DNA of 64,000 bases. Origin: a virus. Shown in pieces: positions 36,568 to 45,635 of the stretch. Position 1 is the first letter of the stretch; every line of letters begins with the position of its first letter. A program made the translations under genes and the position numbers. The notes below the pieces were generated by a model, which was given only the letters and a program-made list of their open reading frames with translations, was not told where the DNA came from and searched no databases. The stretch is from positions 19,862-83,861 of the IMG/VR virus record IMGVR_UViG_3300032020_001000; one strand, written 5' to 3'.

Positions 36568-37932
36568 ATGGCCATTGATTTCCGCGTCTACCCGCCCGAG
36601 CGAGAGAAAACGCGCATCGAAGGGTACGTCCGCTACGAGAAGCTGTTTCTGGGGCAGCACCGGGAATTGTATGCGGCGCGGCCGGGCCGATACCAGCTAG
36701 CTCGCTACATCGCGGTCAACATGCCGGGCATGATCTCGCGGCTATGTGCCGACCTGCTGTTTGGCGAGCAGCCCGACTTCACAGCCACTGAGGATGCGAC
36801 GCAGGAGGCGCTGGATGATCTGGTACAGCGCAACAACCTGCACACCCTCAACTATGAGTCCGCCTTGGCGAACTCCTTCCGCGGCGACGCGGTGTACAAG
36901 GTGCGCTGGGGCAAGCGCACCCCGCAGGCGGAGCTACCGGAGGCCATCATCGAGGAGGTGCCGCCCGCCATCTACTTCCCTGAGATCGATGAGGACGATG
37001 TGAGGAGAGTGAGGAGGGTGACCCTGGCTTGGCTCAAGATCGATCCGGCCAACCCTCAGTTGCGCTACCTGCGGATGGAGGAGCATGAACCCGGCGTGGT
37101 CCGGAATCGGCTGCTGCGCTTCGCCGACAGAGGGGCGACGCAGGAGGAGATGCCGCTCACGATCTTCTCGGCCTATGAGGGACTCGAGCCTGAGGTGGCA
37201 ACGGGGCTGAGTGTGATCCCAATCTTCCACATCCCGAACTTCGTGTATGGGAGCCGCTTCTGGGGGATCAGCGACTACGAGGGGTTGGAGACCCTGTTCG
37301 AGGCGCTCAATGACCGGGTGACGCAGTGCGACGATGTGCTCAGCAAGCACGTGGCGCCGAAGCTGGTGGTGCCGCCGCGCTTCGTCGACGAGGAGGGGAA
37401 GGTCAAACTGGGCGAGCTGGAGGTCGTGCAGCTCGACCCCGGAGAGCCGGCGCCGACCTACGTCACGTGGGATGCGCACCTGACCGCAGCGATGGCACAC
37501 TTGGACCGCTTGATGGACTTCATCTTCATCATCTCCGAGACAGCGCCTGCCGCGTTCGGGCTGGACAAATATGGCGTGGCCGAGTCGGGCAGGGCATTGC
37601 GGCTGCGCCTGCTGCGTACGCTCGCCAAGGTCAATCGCAAGCGGTTGTACTATGATCGCGCCCTGAAAGCGGCCCTGCTATGCGCGCAGCAGCTCGAGGT
37701 GGTGCACGGCGGCGCGTCCTATGAACCCCAGGAGCCCGTCATTGGCTGGGCGGACGGCCTGCCGGAGGACATGTTCGAGCTGGTGCAGATGGAGGCCCAG
37801 CGGCTGACGGCCGGCAACACGAGCCTCGAGTCCAGCATCCGCCGCCTGGATGGCCCCGATGCGGTCGAGGCTGAGATGGAGAGGATCGCCGAGGACCTGG
37901 GGCAGGCGACGACGCTGACGGGGCAGGGATAA
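36568..37932 (+). CDS. portal protein (SPP1-like)
   Basis: ADLLFGE, WGISDY, YVTWD, SGRALR, W.DGLP.D; position after terL. Confidence 0.9.
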   Translation: MAIDFRVYPPEREKTRIEGYVRYEKLFLGQHRELYAARPGRYQLARYIAVNMPGMISRLCADLLFGEQPDFTATEDATQEALDDLVQRNNLHTLNYESALANSFRGDAVYKVRWGKRTPQAELPEAIIEEVPPAIYFPEIDEDDVRRVRRVTLAWLKIDPANPQLRYLRMEEHEPGVVRNRLLRFADRGATQEEMPLTIFSAYEGLEPEVATGLSVIPIFHIPNFVYGSRFWGISDYEGLETLFEALNDRVTQCDDVLSKHVAPKLVVPPRFVDEEGKVKLGELEVVQLDPGEPAPTYVTWDAHLTAAMAHLDRLMDFIFIISETAPAAFGLDKYGVAESGRALRLRLLRTLAKVNRKRLYYDRALKAALLCAQQLEVVHGGASYEPQEPVIGWADGLPEDMFELVQMEAQRLTAGNTSLESSIRRLDGPDAVEAEMERIAEDLGQATTLTGQG

Positions 37933-37950
37933 CATCCCAGGGGTGCGACG

Positions 37951-38493
37951 GTGTCGCGCTGTGGGTGGATACGGGCGGTCGGCTACGAGGAGTATGAGTG
38001 CGGGATCACCGGCGTGTCTGTGGTTGCCGAGTGCGCGAACGCGGCGCGATGCATTCCGCGCATGGCGCGCATGTACGTGCGGGGAATGCTGCCCGCTTTC
38101 GACCGACTAGATGAGGAGACGAGGGAAGCGATCATGCAGGTGGCCAAGGAGTTCGGTGGGCTTGGCGGAGCATCGGTCAAGGGGATGAGCGAGGGCGAGC
38201 TGACGGCACTCATGGAACAGGTGCGCTCCGAGCGTCAGGCGCGGGCGAGGGGCAAACGGCAACTGCCTGCCTACAACAAACGCCTCCGGCGCCTGGTCGA
38301 GCGGCGCCACCAGATCGATGAGCAGATCAAGGCGGTGCAGGCCGCGATCGTGGCTATTGAGGAGGGGAGGGGAGAGCCGGAGGCCCCGCGCCGGCGGAAC
38401 CTCAGCGAGCAGGGTAGGCGCCGCATCGCCGAGGCGGCTCGCCAGCGGGCCGTTCGTCAGCGGGCTGCTCGCGAGGAGAGCAAGCCCAAGTGA
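37951..38493 (+). CDS. coiled-coil protein with basic C-terminus (start uncertain)
   Basis: MSEGELTAL...RRRNLSEQGRRRIAEAARQR. Confidence 0.55.
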   Translation: MSRCGWIRAVGYEEYECGITGVSVVAECANAARCIPRMARMYVRGMLPAFDRLDEETREAIMQVAKEFGGLGGASVKGMSEGELTALMEQVRSERQARARGKRQLPAYNKRLRRLVERRHQIDEQIKAVQAAIVAIEEGRGEPEAPRRRNLSEQGRRRIAEAARQRAVRQRAAREESKPK

Positions 38494-38910
38494 CGCTGTT
38501 CCACTCCCGCATCTATGGCGCGATGAACAAGCGCCGGCGCAAGCAGCTCGGACTGGCCAGGCATCGCCGCGAGGCGGTGTGGCGACTCATGGCCGCAGAG
38601 GAGGCTGGGCTGGCCGCAACTGCGCGCTTCCGTCTGGCACCGTGGTGGCGTCGGGTTCTGCACCGGCTGCTGTGGCTGGCTGGGAGGCTATGGTCAGGCC
38701 GGCGATCAGCAGATCGAGCCAGGCTATCGAGAACCGCCAGAGCAGCGCCACGGCGTTCTGGGCGGTGAGGGCGGCAGTGCCGTGCCCACTGTCGATAGTT
38801 GCGGCGGCGCTTCGAAACGCCGCCATACCCTGTTGGCGCAGCGCAGCCACATCGGCATCACTGATCATGGCCAACCTCCGTGCCGATAAGATTCGATGCA
38901 GGCGGGCGCG

Positions 38911-41900
38911 ATGCCTGCACTGATCGGGCGTCGCAAGGTTGATGATTTCCGCCGCGCGTTCGGCGGGCCGCTGGATTCCCTGGCTGCCGTCTATCGCCGG
39001 GGAATGGCGGATGCGATGGAAGTCCTCAGCAATGCCGCCTCTACCCTCGCGCAGCGCCGCTATGCCCTATCCCACCTGCGTCAATACAACGTTGTGCTGA
39101 GCAATCTCCGGGATGAGACCGCGGCCTGGGCGCAACTCCACATGCCGGCCTCATACCGCCTCGGCATGGAGTTCGCGGATGATGGCATCCGCAGCGTGCG
39201 TCGCGCCGGCATCAACCTCGGAAAGCCGCAGTATGAAGTCTTCAGCCAGGTGCATCGGCAGGCAGCCGAAAGTGCCACTACGGAGTTGCTGCGGACGACC
39301 GATTTCGCAATCGCGCAGATCGGCCGGCGGGTGGATGATGTGTTCCGCCGGGTCGGCATGGAGGAGGTCACGAAGGGCATCGTCGAGGGGGCGACGCGGC
39401 TGGATGTCAGCAAGGCGATCAAGGAGCGATTGATTGATGAGGGCCGGCCATTCTTCCTGGACCGCGCCGGCCGCAAGTGGGACCTCGACCGCTACAGCGA
39501 GATGGTCGCCCGCACCACGACGCGCGAGGCGGCGACGACGGGGACGATCAACCGGCTGAGCGAACACAATATCTGGCTGGCGCAGGTGTCGGCGCACAAC
39601 GCGGGAGATTTCTGTCTTTACTATGAGAATGTCATCGTCTTCATCGGCGACGATCCGAATCCTACACCCTACCCACCGATCAGCGCCATCGAGGGCGGCC
39701 CGCCTTTCCACCCGCAGTGCCTCATTCGCGGCAGCCGGGTCCTGACATCGAGCGGGTGGCGGGCAATCGAGTGCATTCGGCGCGGCGACCTGGTGATGAC
39801 ACACCGCGGCCGTTGGCGACGAGTGACGGCGATGATGCAGCGTGAGTACGAAGGGGAACTCGTGCAACTCGGCGCGCTCCGTGTGACACCTGAGCACCCA
39901 GTATTGACTCAACACGGATGGGTGACTGCGGGCAGTTTATCCGGTGCCGAGAAGGTGGCGATCCTGCAAGCAAGCGACGACCGCATCGGCGGTCAATTCG
40001 GGCCGCTTGCGGTAGCGAATCCGAACGACCTCATAGCCCAAGGCGCGAACAGCGGCATCGCGGGATTCACGCTTGGCAACGCGTTTCGGCTCGCGCCAGT
40101 GGTCGATCTCGATGGTCATATTGCTGCCGTGGCCAGGGAAGAAGAAGTCTGCGATGTAGCGCCCGATGGGATGCTGGAAAGAATATTCGATGCCGGCTGC
40201 GGTGAGCGCGGCACAGACCGCGGATTCGTGGGGATGCGGTTTGCGGCGATAGGAGCCAGCTCGCGTGATCGACATTTTGCGCGCGAGAGTTTCGTCGCGG
40301 CTGGGGTTACCGGGCCCGCGCATGCGACTCCGATTGCGAGTGAACGCGGGACCGTTAGGGTCAGTGATGCTGTCTCGCTTCGCCCCGCCCCTGGGGCGGG
40401 TCTGGATGCCGTAGCGGGGGAACCAGATACGCAGCAACTGTGTGGCATCGCGGCCGATCTCTACTCCCAGCTGCTTCAGCGTGGTGCCTTCGGCATATCG
40501 GCGGCGAAGAAACTGCTTCAGCGGTTCGCCCACTGCTTGTCCGAGGCGCTTTTCAGTGATGCGGCGCCGAAGCTCCTCCCGGCAACCGAAGGAGCAAGTC
40601 GGGCTGCCCAAAACCCGGTCGCGGCGGGAGACGCTCAGAGTGAAGGGCTGGTGACAAACAGGACAGCTAGTCATCGCGACCCCATTATACCATTGCCCAG
40701 ACGTGCTTGCAACTACAGCGGCGTTGTCTACAACCTCTCGGTCGCGGAGGACGAGAGTTATATCGCCGAAAGGATCGTCGTCCACAACTGTGTCCATGTC
40801 CTCACCCCCTTCGTCGAGCGCCTGGCAACTGAGGCGGAGAAGCAGGCGGGCAAGATCGATGCCGACCTGCTCAACAAGTCGCCGGCGGAACTGCAGCGCC
40901 GGTTCCGCGCAGAGTTCCCCGAGCGCGCCCGGGCGGAGGGGAAACGGCTGCGGGAGCAGGCGGCGCGGGGGCGTGGGGCGATCATGCGGCGCGCAGAGAG
41001 AAGGGCACTAGCGGGGCCACCACCGATGAAGGTGCCGGCCCTCCGCGAGATGCCGGTTGGCACCGTGCTGCGGCGCACCTACAAAGGCCGCGAGTATGTC
41101 GCCGAGGTACTGCACGACGGCAGGATCATGTGTAATGGCCAAGTTTATCGGTCGCTCACCGAACTCGCGAAGAATATCACGGGCCAAACCGCGATCAGCG
41201 GACCGCGGTTCTTCGGAGTGGCCGAGCGCGGGAAGCGGGGAGTGGCCATCGCCCCCACCCCCACCCGAGCAGCCCCCGGCGAGGTTGCCGCACCACGTCC
41301 GCCGCGCCTGCCGCCGCGCGACGAGTTGCAGATGGCGAGGTACATCGCCGATGACCTTGCAACGTTGATGGACACGAAGGTAGGATGGAATGGCAAGCTC
41401 ACGATAGAAAAGATACCCGACGCTGTCGGGCTGAAGCAGTGGAATTGTTCTATTGTCCTGGATCAGGCGACCCGCGAGCGTCTAACGGAACTTATGCAGT
41501 TGAATGCAGAGTCCTGGGCGCATAAGTATGAATGGCACCGGCGGCAGATAGCGGACGCATTCCAAACGCTCGTGCACGAAATGACGCATGCTGCTGGGCC
41601 ACAGGGATCATGCACCCAATTCGATTTTGTAACGGCCGCGCAGCGGTGGATCGAGGAGGCGGTGACAAGCGCAGCGTCTGAGCGCATGGCGCCAGTGCTG
41701 TTCAAGCAGATCATGGGGTTTGAAGCCGGGCTAGCGCCAGAGGCTTTTGGACCCGCCTCATATGCATCCTATCAGCAGGCATTGGCGAAGGCGCTGGGCG
41801 GACCGCAATATGGCCGCACGCTGAAAGAGCCAATGCGGGGCATCGCCACCGACCTGCAACTCGACCTAGCTTACAAGACGCCCCGCAAGGATCGACTGTT

Positions 41901-42717
41901 CCGAGTGGCCACGGAAATGAGCAAGGCCGTCAAGGGACAGATGACCGCTGTGGAGATTGAGGCGGCGCTGGAGGCCGGCGCCGACCAGGCAGTGAGGGCG
42001 ACGTATGCGAGCGCTCGGGCAGCCGGCGCCCGCGCCCGGGCGGCAGGCAAGGCGGCTGGCGCTCGCGCGCCGGCGATAACGAGGGCTCCAGCGGCGGCGC
42101 GGGCCCTGGAAATCGGGGTAGAACCTGGTGCCGCACGTGCTGCCCCACGAGGCGCGGCCATTATCGAGAAGCCAATCAAAGCGAAGGTGGGTGCAGTGCG
42201 GATAACTGCCAGCGCGGGGATCAGAACCGAGGGGTGGGATGGTGTAGTCGCCATCGCCCGCGGGATACCGTCTGGCCACATGAAGGGCGTCAAGGGAATT
42301 GACCTGCTGGCAGAGGTCGGGCCATTGGCGAGGGCCGGTAAGGCGTCGGGTAACGTGGTCGGCACCTGGTACATGCAGCGGATCACGATGTATGACCTCG
42401 GTACGCGCGGCGTGGCGAAGAAAACGGGCGCGCACTTCGCGCACGAAGTGGGGCATAACTTGGCGATGCGCGCCGAACTGAAGGGATTGTTGGGGCGGGA
42501 CAAAGTGGCCAGGGCATGGAACGAGCTGCATGATATCTGGAAGAAAGAGGATGGCGTGAGTCCATATGCGCGGGCCTGGTGGAAGCGGGGTAAGGGCAAA
42601 GTGTCGGAGACGATAGCCGAGATGTACCGCCTGCGCATGACGCAGCCCGCAGCCTATAGGCGGCTGCCGGAGGCCCTGCGGAAGCCCTTTGAGGTGATCT
42701 ACAATGGCCTCGCCTGA
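38911..42717 (+). CDS. minor capsid/MuF-like head protein with an intein, a DUF2924-like domain and two HExxH domains
   Basis: DRAGRKW...YSEMVART...PPFHPQ/CVH; GTVLRRTYKG...SGPRFFG; HEMTH; HEVGH...SPYA...ETIAE. Confidence 0.85.
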   Translation: MPALIGRRKVDDFRRAFGGPLDSLAAVYRRGMADAMEVLSNAASTLAQRRYALSHLRQYNVVLSNLRDETAAWAQLHMPASYRLGMEFADDGIRSVRRAGINLGKPQYEVFSQVHRQAAESATTELLRTTDFAIAQIGRRVDDVFRRVGMEEVTKGIVEGATRLDVSKAIKERLIDEGRPFFLDRAGRKWDLDRYSEMVARTTTREAATTGTINRLSEHNIWLAQVSAHNAGDFCLYYENVIVFIGDDPNPTPYPPISAIEGGPPFHPQCLIRGSRVLTSSGWRAIECIRRGDLVMTHRGRWRRVTAMMQREYEGELVQLGALRVTPEHPVLTQHGWVTAGSLSGAEKVAILQASDDRIGGQFGPLAVANPNDLIAQGANSGIAGFTLGNAFRLAPVVDLDGHIAAVAREEEVCDVAPDGMLERIFDAGCGERGTDRGFVGMRFAAIGASSRDRHFARESFVAAGVTGPAHATPIASERGTVRVSDAVSLRPAPGAGLDAVAGEPDTQQLCGIAADLYSQLLQRGAFGISAAKKLLQRFAHCLSEALFSDAAPKLLPATEGASRAAQNPVAAGDAQSEGLVTNRTASHRDPIIPLPRRACNYSGVVYNLSVAEDESYIAERIVVHNCVHVLTPFVERLATEAEKQAGKIDADLLNKSPAELQRRFRAEFPERARAEGKRLREQAARGRGAIMRRAERRALAGPPPMKVPALREMPVGTVLRRTYKGREYVAEVLHDGRIMCNGQVYRSLTELAKNITGQTAISGPRFFGVAERGKRGVAIAPTPTRAAPGEVAAPRPPRLPPRDELQMARYIADDLATLMDTKVGWNGKLTIEKIPDAVGLKQWNCSIVLDQATRERLTELMQLNAESWAHKYEWHRRQIADAFQTLVHEMTHAAGPQGSCTQFDFVTAAQRWIEEAVTSAASERMAPVLFKQIMGFEAGLAPEAFGPASYASYQQALAKALGGPQYGRTLKEPMRGIATDLQLDLAYKTPRKDRLFRVATEMSKAVKGQMTAVEIEAALEAGADQAVRATYASARAAGARARAAGKAAGARAPAITRAPAAARALEIGVEPGAARAAPRGAAIIEKPIKAKVGAVRITASAGIRTEGWDGVVAIARGIPSGHMKGVKGIDLLAEVGPLARAGKASGNVVGTWYMQRITMYDLGTRGVAKKTGAHFAHEVGHNLAMRAELKGLLGRDKVARAWNELHDIWKKEDGVSPYARAWWKRGKGKVSETIAEMYRLRMTQPAAYRRLPEALRKPFEVIYNGLA
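39937..40674 (-). CDS. DUF559/Vsr-like endonuclease with Zn finger and HTH, antisense inside the intein
   Basis: CPVC...CSFGC; ESAVCAAL...FQHPIGRYIADF...IEID...RD...LGYEVVRI. Confidence 0.8.
   Translation of the reverse strand: MTSCPVCHQPFTLSVSRRDRVLGSPTCSFGCREELRRRITEKRLGQAVGEPLKQFLRRRYAEGTTLKQLGVEIGRDATQLLRIWFPRYGIQTRPRGGAKRDSITDPNGPAFTRNRSRMRGPGNPSRDETLARKMSITRAGSYRRKPHPHESAVCAALTAAGIEYSFQHPIGRYIADFFFPGHGSNMTIEIDHWREPKRVAKRESRDAAVRALGYEVVRIRYRKRPELTADAVVACLQDRHLLGTG
40684..40712 (-). promoter_or_regulatory. sigma70 promoter for the antisense endonuclease
   Basis: Minus strand TTGCAA-17 bp-TATAAT with extended TG, 9 nt before the ATG. Confidence 0.75.
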
Positions 42718-42889
42718 GACAGAGGAGATTATCGTCTACGCGGATGATGAGGGCAACGAGGTGCCGCCGGAGAAAGCGACACTGGCGGAGCGCCGACTGT
42801 ACCGGGATGGGCGGTTGGTGGAGCGCGCGCAGATCCGGATCACCCATGTCGAGGGCAAGCCGACAAGCCGCGCGGGGACAGCGGCATGA
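42704..42889 (+). CDS. small hypothetical protein
   Basis: GAGGTG RBS; overlaps the MuF-like stop. Confidence 0.55.
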   Translation: MASPETEEIIVYADDEGNEVPPEKATLAERRLYRDGRLVERAQIRITHVEGKPTSRAGTAA

Positions 42890-43074
42890 GAGAGGAGTTC
42901 ATCCACGCAGCGCACGATGCCATCACCACGGCCCTTACCCCCCAAGCCGCCCGCCGCCAACTGAAACACTACCTACGGCTGGCCAGAGACGAGGACGAGC
43001 GCACCCAGATCGAGCGGTACGAGGAGATGCTCCACATGTGGGAGACTATTCCCCGGAGGGTTCGGGGGGATTGA
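42886..43074 (+). CDS. small hypothetical protein
   Basis: ATGA-coupled. Confidence 0.5.
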   Translation: MREEFIHAAHDAITTALTPQAARRQLKHYLRLARDEDERTQIERYEEMLHMWETIPRRVRGD

Positions 43075-43099
43075 CAGCACGCCCCGCGCGGGCTATACT
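43071..43099 (+). promoter_or_regulatory. sigma70 promoter upstream of the head operon
   Basis: TTGACA-17 bp-TATACT. Confidence 0.75.
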
Positions 43100-43178
43100 C
43101 GATGCAGAGTAGGAGCCGGGCCAGGACCGGCCCTGCGCCGATAACCGAATAGAGTAACCTGCCGTCATCACGCAGATT

Positions 43179-43232
43179 AGGCGGGCTTCCCTGAGTGCCG
43201 AGAGATCGGGATTCGGGGGAGCCCGCTTTTTT
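43179..43232 (+). terminator. terminator-like leader hairpin
   Basis: GCGGGCTTCCC...GGGGAGCCCGC followed by TTTTTT. Confidence 0.7.
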
Positions 43233-43261
43233 CGTGCCCGGGAGGAGAGCGGGCGCGCCCG

Positions 43262-43525
43262 ATGCCATCCGAACTGGGCGAGGTAGTGCTCCACGTGAGG
43301 GTCAGCGACCCGCATGGGTTGCTCGACGAGATCAAGCGGTTCGGGAATGCGATGGGCGCGCTGAGCAAGGCGCTCAACGCCGGCTGCCGCCAGCAACAGG
43401 CGGTTGCCCGGGTGGAGCGCGCGCTCGAATCACTGGCCGCCAAAGTGCAGACGGCCCTCGGCGCCGAGCAGCGCGCCGCCGACTCCGGGTGCCCCGGAAG
43501 GTGTGCCGGCATCGCTGCGAACTGA
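43262..43525 (+). CDS. hypothetical protein
   Basis: GGAGGAG upstream. Confidence 0.45.
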   Translation: MPSELGEVVLHVRVSDPHGLLDEIKRFGNAMGALSKALNAGCRQQQAVARVERALESLAAKVQTALGAEQRAADSGCPGRCAGIAAN

Positions 43526-43534
43526 GGCAGAGAC

Positions 43535-43792
43535 ATGGCAGTCGTAGTGACCAAGTTGGATGGCCTGATGATCGCCAAGGATGCGCGGACCCGCAGGTTT
43601 GGGGTGGTGGCCCCACCGCCCAGTTGCTTCACCAAGGGATTCAGCATCCTCGAGTTCGATGCCAACGGCGAGGTCGGAGTGATTGGCTGGGCGAGCACGC
43701 AGGTAGAGGCGCGGGCATTCGTGCAGGGTTTTGACCACGGAGTGCGGCGCGCCGATGAGACGAGGGACGCCGATGCTCCTGATCGACAATGA
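43535..43792 (+). CDS. hypothetical protein
   Basis: GAGG RBS. Confidence 0.55.
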   Translation: MAVVVTKLDGLMIAKDARTRRFGVVAPPPSCFTKGFSILEFDANGEVGVIGWASTQVEARAFVQGFDHGVRRADETRDADAPDRQ

Positions 43793-44114
43793 GCGGGTCA
43801 GTGATCTCCCCTGGCATGATGATCGCGCGGCGGATATGAGCGAGGCGCTGGACGGCGCCGATGCGGGCGTGATGGCCGAGGCATATGCCTACGTAGGGGC
43901 AGATGGGAATCCCGTGGGCCTCCACCACGAGGTGCGCGACGATGTGCTGATTATCAACCGCCAGGGCGTGTGGCGAGCGGTGGGGGGCATAGATTTCCCC
44001 TCCGCCCCCGATGGGACGCCAGCACCGGAGATCCCGCTTGCGCTGAGATGCGAAGCACGAGACCACCTGCGGCAGCATATGCGGACAATGGACAACGTGC
44101 CAATCGGCGAGTGA
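43773..44114 (+). CDS. head-region protein, paralog of 44305-44676
   Basis: IDN..S...W...E.YAYV...HHE..DD.L..NR.GV...H.R.H. Confidence 0.65.
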   Translation: MLLIDNERVSDLPWHDDRAADMSEALDGADAGVMAEAYAYVGADGNPVGLHHEVRDDVLIINRQGVWRAVGGIDFPSAPDGTPAPEIPLALRCEARDHLRQHMRTMDNVPIGE

Positions 44115-44118
44115 TCCC

Positions 44119-44301
44119 ATGCCTGTGCGCAAAGTGGCTGGCGGATGGCGGTGGGGACGCCACGGCAAGGTCTATCCGACGAAAGAGCAGGCCGAGGAGC
44201 AGGGCCGGGCCGCATATGCTAGCGGGTACGGCGAGCGCAAGCCGACCCGGAGACGGAAACCGACGCGGCGGTTCCGGGTTGGCAGGCGACCGGGGAGGTG
44301 A
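44119..44301 (+). CDS. small basic phage protein
   Basis: MPVRKV.GGWRWG..GKVY.T..QA..QGRA. Confidence 0.65.
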   Translation: MPVRKVAGGWRWGRHGKVYPTKEQAEEQGRAAYASGYGERKPTRRRKPTRRFRVGRRPGR

Positions 44302-44304
44302 GGC

Positions 44305-44676
44305 ATGGCGATTAAGATTGACAACACCGAGATCTCGGATGGTGCTTGGGGGGACGTGGACAAGACGGCGCTGGCTCGCAAGCTGGCGGCCGCGCACGAA
44401 GAGGGCGTGGCCGGAGCGGATGCAGCCATCCGCGAGTGTTTCGCCTATGTCCCGGACCTTGATAACCGTTCGGAGTGGGGTGGCCCGCACCACGAGTTGA
44501 AAGATGACATGCTCGTGGTCAACCGCGCGGGCGTGCATGCGCTGGCAGGCGTGCTGGCGGGGGCCCGGGGCGGCGTCAAGTGGCCGCGCGCCGCGCGCGT
44601 GGCGGCGGGCGCACACGTGCGCAAGCACTACCGCGCACTCGAGGAGGAGCCGCCGGAAGGCCTGAGTGGGGACTAA
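44305..44676 (+). CDS. head-region protein
   Basis: GPHHE...NRAGVHALAGVLAGARGG...HVRKHY; GGAGGT RBS. Confidence 0.7.
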   Translation: MAIKIDNTEISDGAWGDVDKTALARKLAAAHEEGVAGADAAIRECFAYVPDLDNRSEWGGPHHELKDDMLVVNRAGVHALAGVLAGARGGVKWPRAARVAAGAHVRKHYRALEEEPPEGLSGD

Positions 44677-44791
44677 CCTGCCCGCGCGGGCAGGAGCCAT
44701 ACATCCGCTAGCCGGGGCGATGCGGTTTGACCATGAGTCGGGCCGCAACCGGCAGACCCGCCGCGGGGCGTAAAACCGGAGGGAGATCATT

Positions 44792-45613
44792 ATGGCCGAG
44801 ACGACCGAGACCAAGAAGACTGAGGACGAAGAGGGCAAGCCTGGCGCCGGTGGCACCACGCAAGGCGGCGCTGTGGAAGCACAGCGCGGCGAGGGCGGGC
44901 AGAAGACCGACCAGCCCGCTGCCGGTGATGCCGCCAAGCCCCCAGCGAGCGCAACCGACCAACAGGCGCCCAAGGGTCAGGAAACCGAGAAGCCCAAAGA
45001 GACGCAACCGCCGGCGACACAGGCGAAGGGCATCGAGGTTAAGTTGACTCAGACGCAGGTGGACCGGCTGGTCAAGGATGGCGTCCTGGAGTTGGGCGCG
45101 GAGCAATATACCGGCGCGGTGCAGGAACGCATGGCGACGCTGACCACGCGCGCGAAAACCGCGGAGCGACAATTGAAAGCGATCGCCGACGCCCAGGAAG
45201 AGGTCGACCGCAAAGCGCTCGTGGAGCAGGAGAAGTACAAGGAGCTCTACGAGAAGGAGCGCAAGGCGCGCGAGAAAGGGGAGGCCGCCCGCAAGGACGA
45301 CGCCATCCGCGCGCGCTTCCTGCTCGCCGCCCAGACCAAGGGGATCGTGGACCCCGACGTCGCCTGGGTCATCGCCAAGGGTCTGCCGGCCTTCAAGGCC
45401 GTGGAGGCCGACGATGAAGGCGCAATCGCGGGTCTGGACGAGGTCGTCGAGGCGCTGATCAGCGCCAAGCCATATCTGATCTCCCAGCAGGCGCCGAAGC
45501 CGCAGACCGTTGGGGCGGTGAGTAATCCGGCTCAGCAAGTGCCGGTGCCGCCCAAGAATCTCGCCGAGGCTGGGGATGCCCTGGAGCGGGCTCTACGCAC
45601 CGGCGTCACTTAG
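44792..45613 (+). CDS. capsid scaffolding protein
   Basis: Low-complexity N-terminus, coiled coil, KPYL; directly before the capsid gene. Confidence 0.75.
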   Translation: MAETTETKKTEDEEGKPGAGGTTQGGAVEAQRGEGGQKTDQPAAGDAAKPPASATDQQAPKGQETEKPKETQPPATQAKGIEVKLTQTQVDRLVKDGVLELGAEQYTGAVQERMATLTTRAKTAERQLKAIADAQEEVDRKALVEQEKYKELYEKERKAREKGEAARKDDAIRARFLLAAQTKGIVDPDVAWVIAKGLPAFKAVEADDEGAIAGLDEVVEALISAKPYLISQQAPKPQTVGAVSNPAQQVPVPPKNLAEAGDALERALRTGVT

Positions 45614-45635
45614 TCGCGGCAGCGAGGAGTAACAG

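Larger units (their letters stand above)
39718..40788 (+). mobile_element. intein (357 aa) in the MuF-like gene
   Basis: Block A CLIRGSRVLT, block B VTPEHP, blocks F/G VYNLSV.EDESY...VVHN followed by +1 Cys. Confidence 0.92.

Noticed and set aside
38490-38880. Short overlapping ORFs on both strands between the portal region and the MuF-like gene
   Set aside because: No motif or clear RBS decides between them, so the interval is left uncalled.
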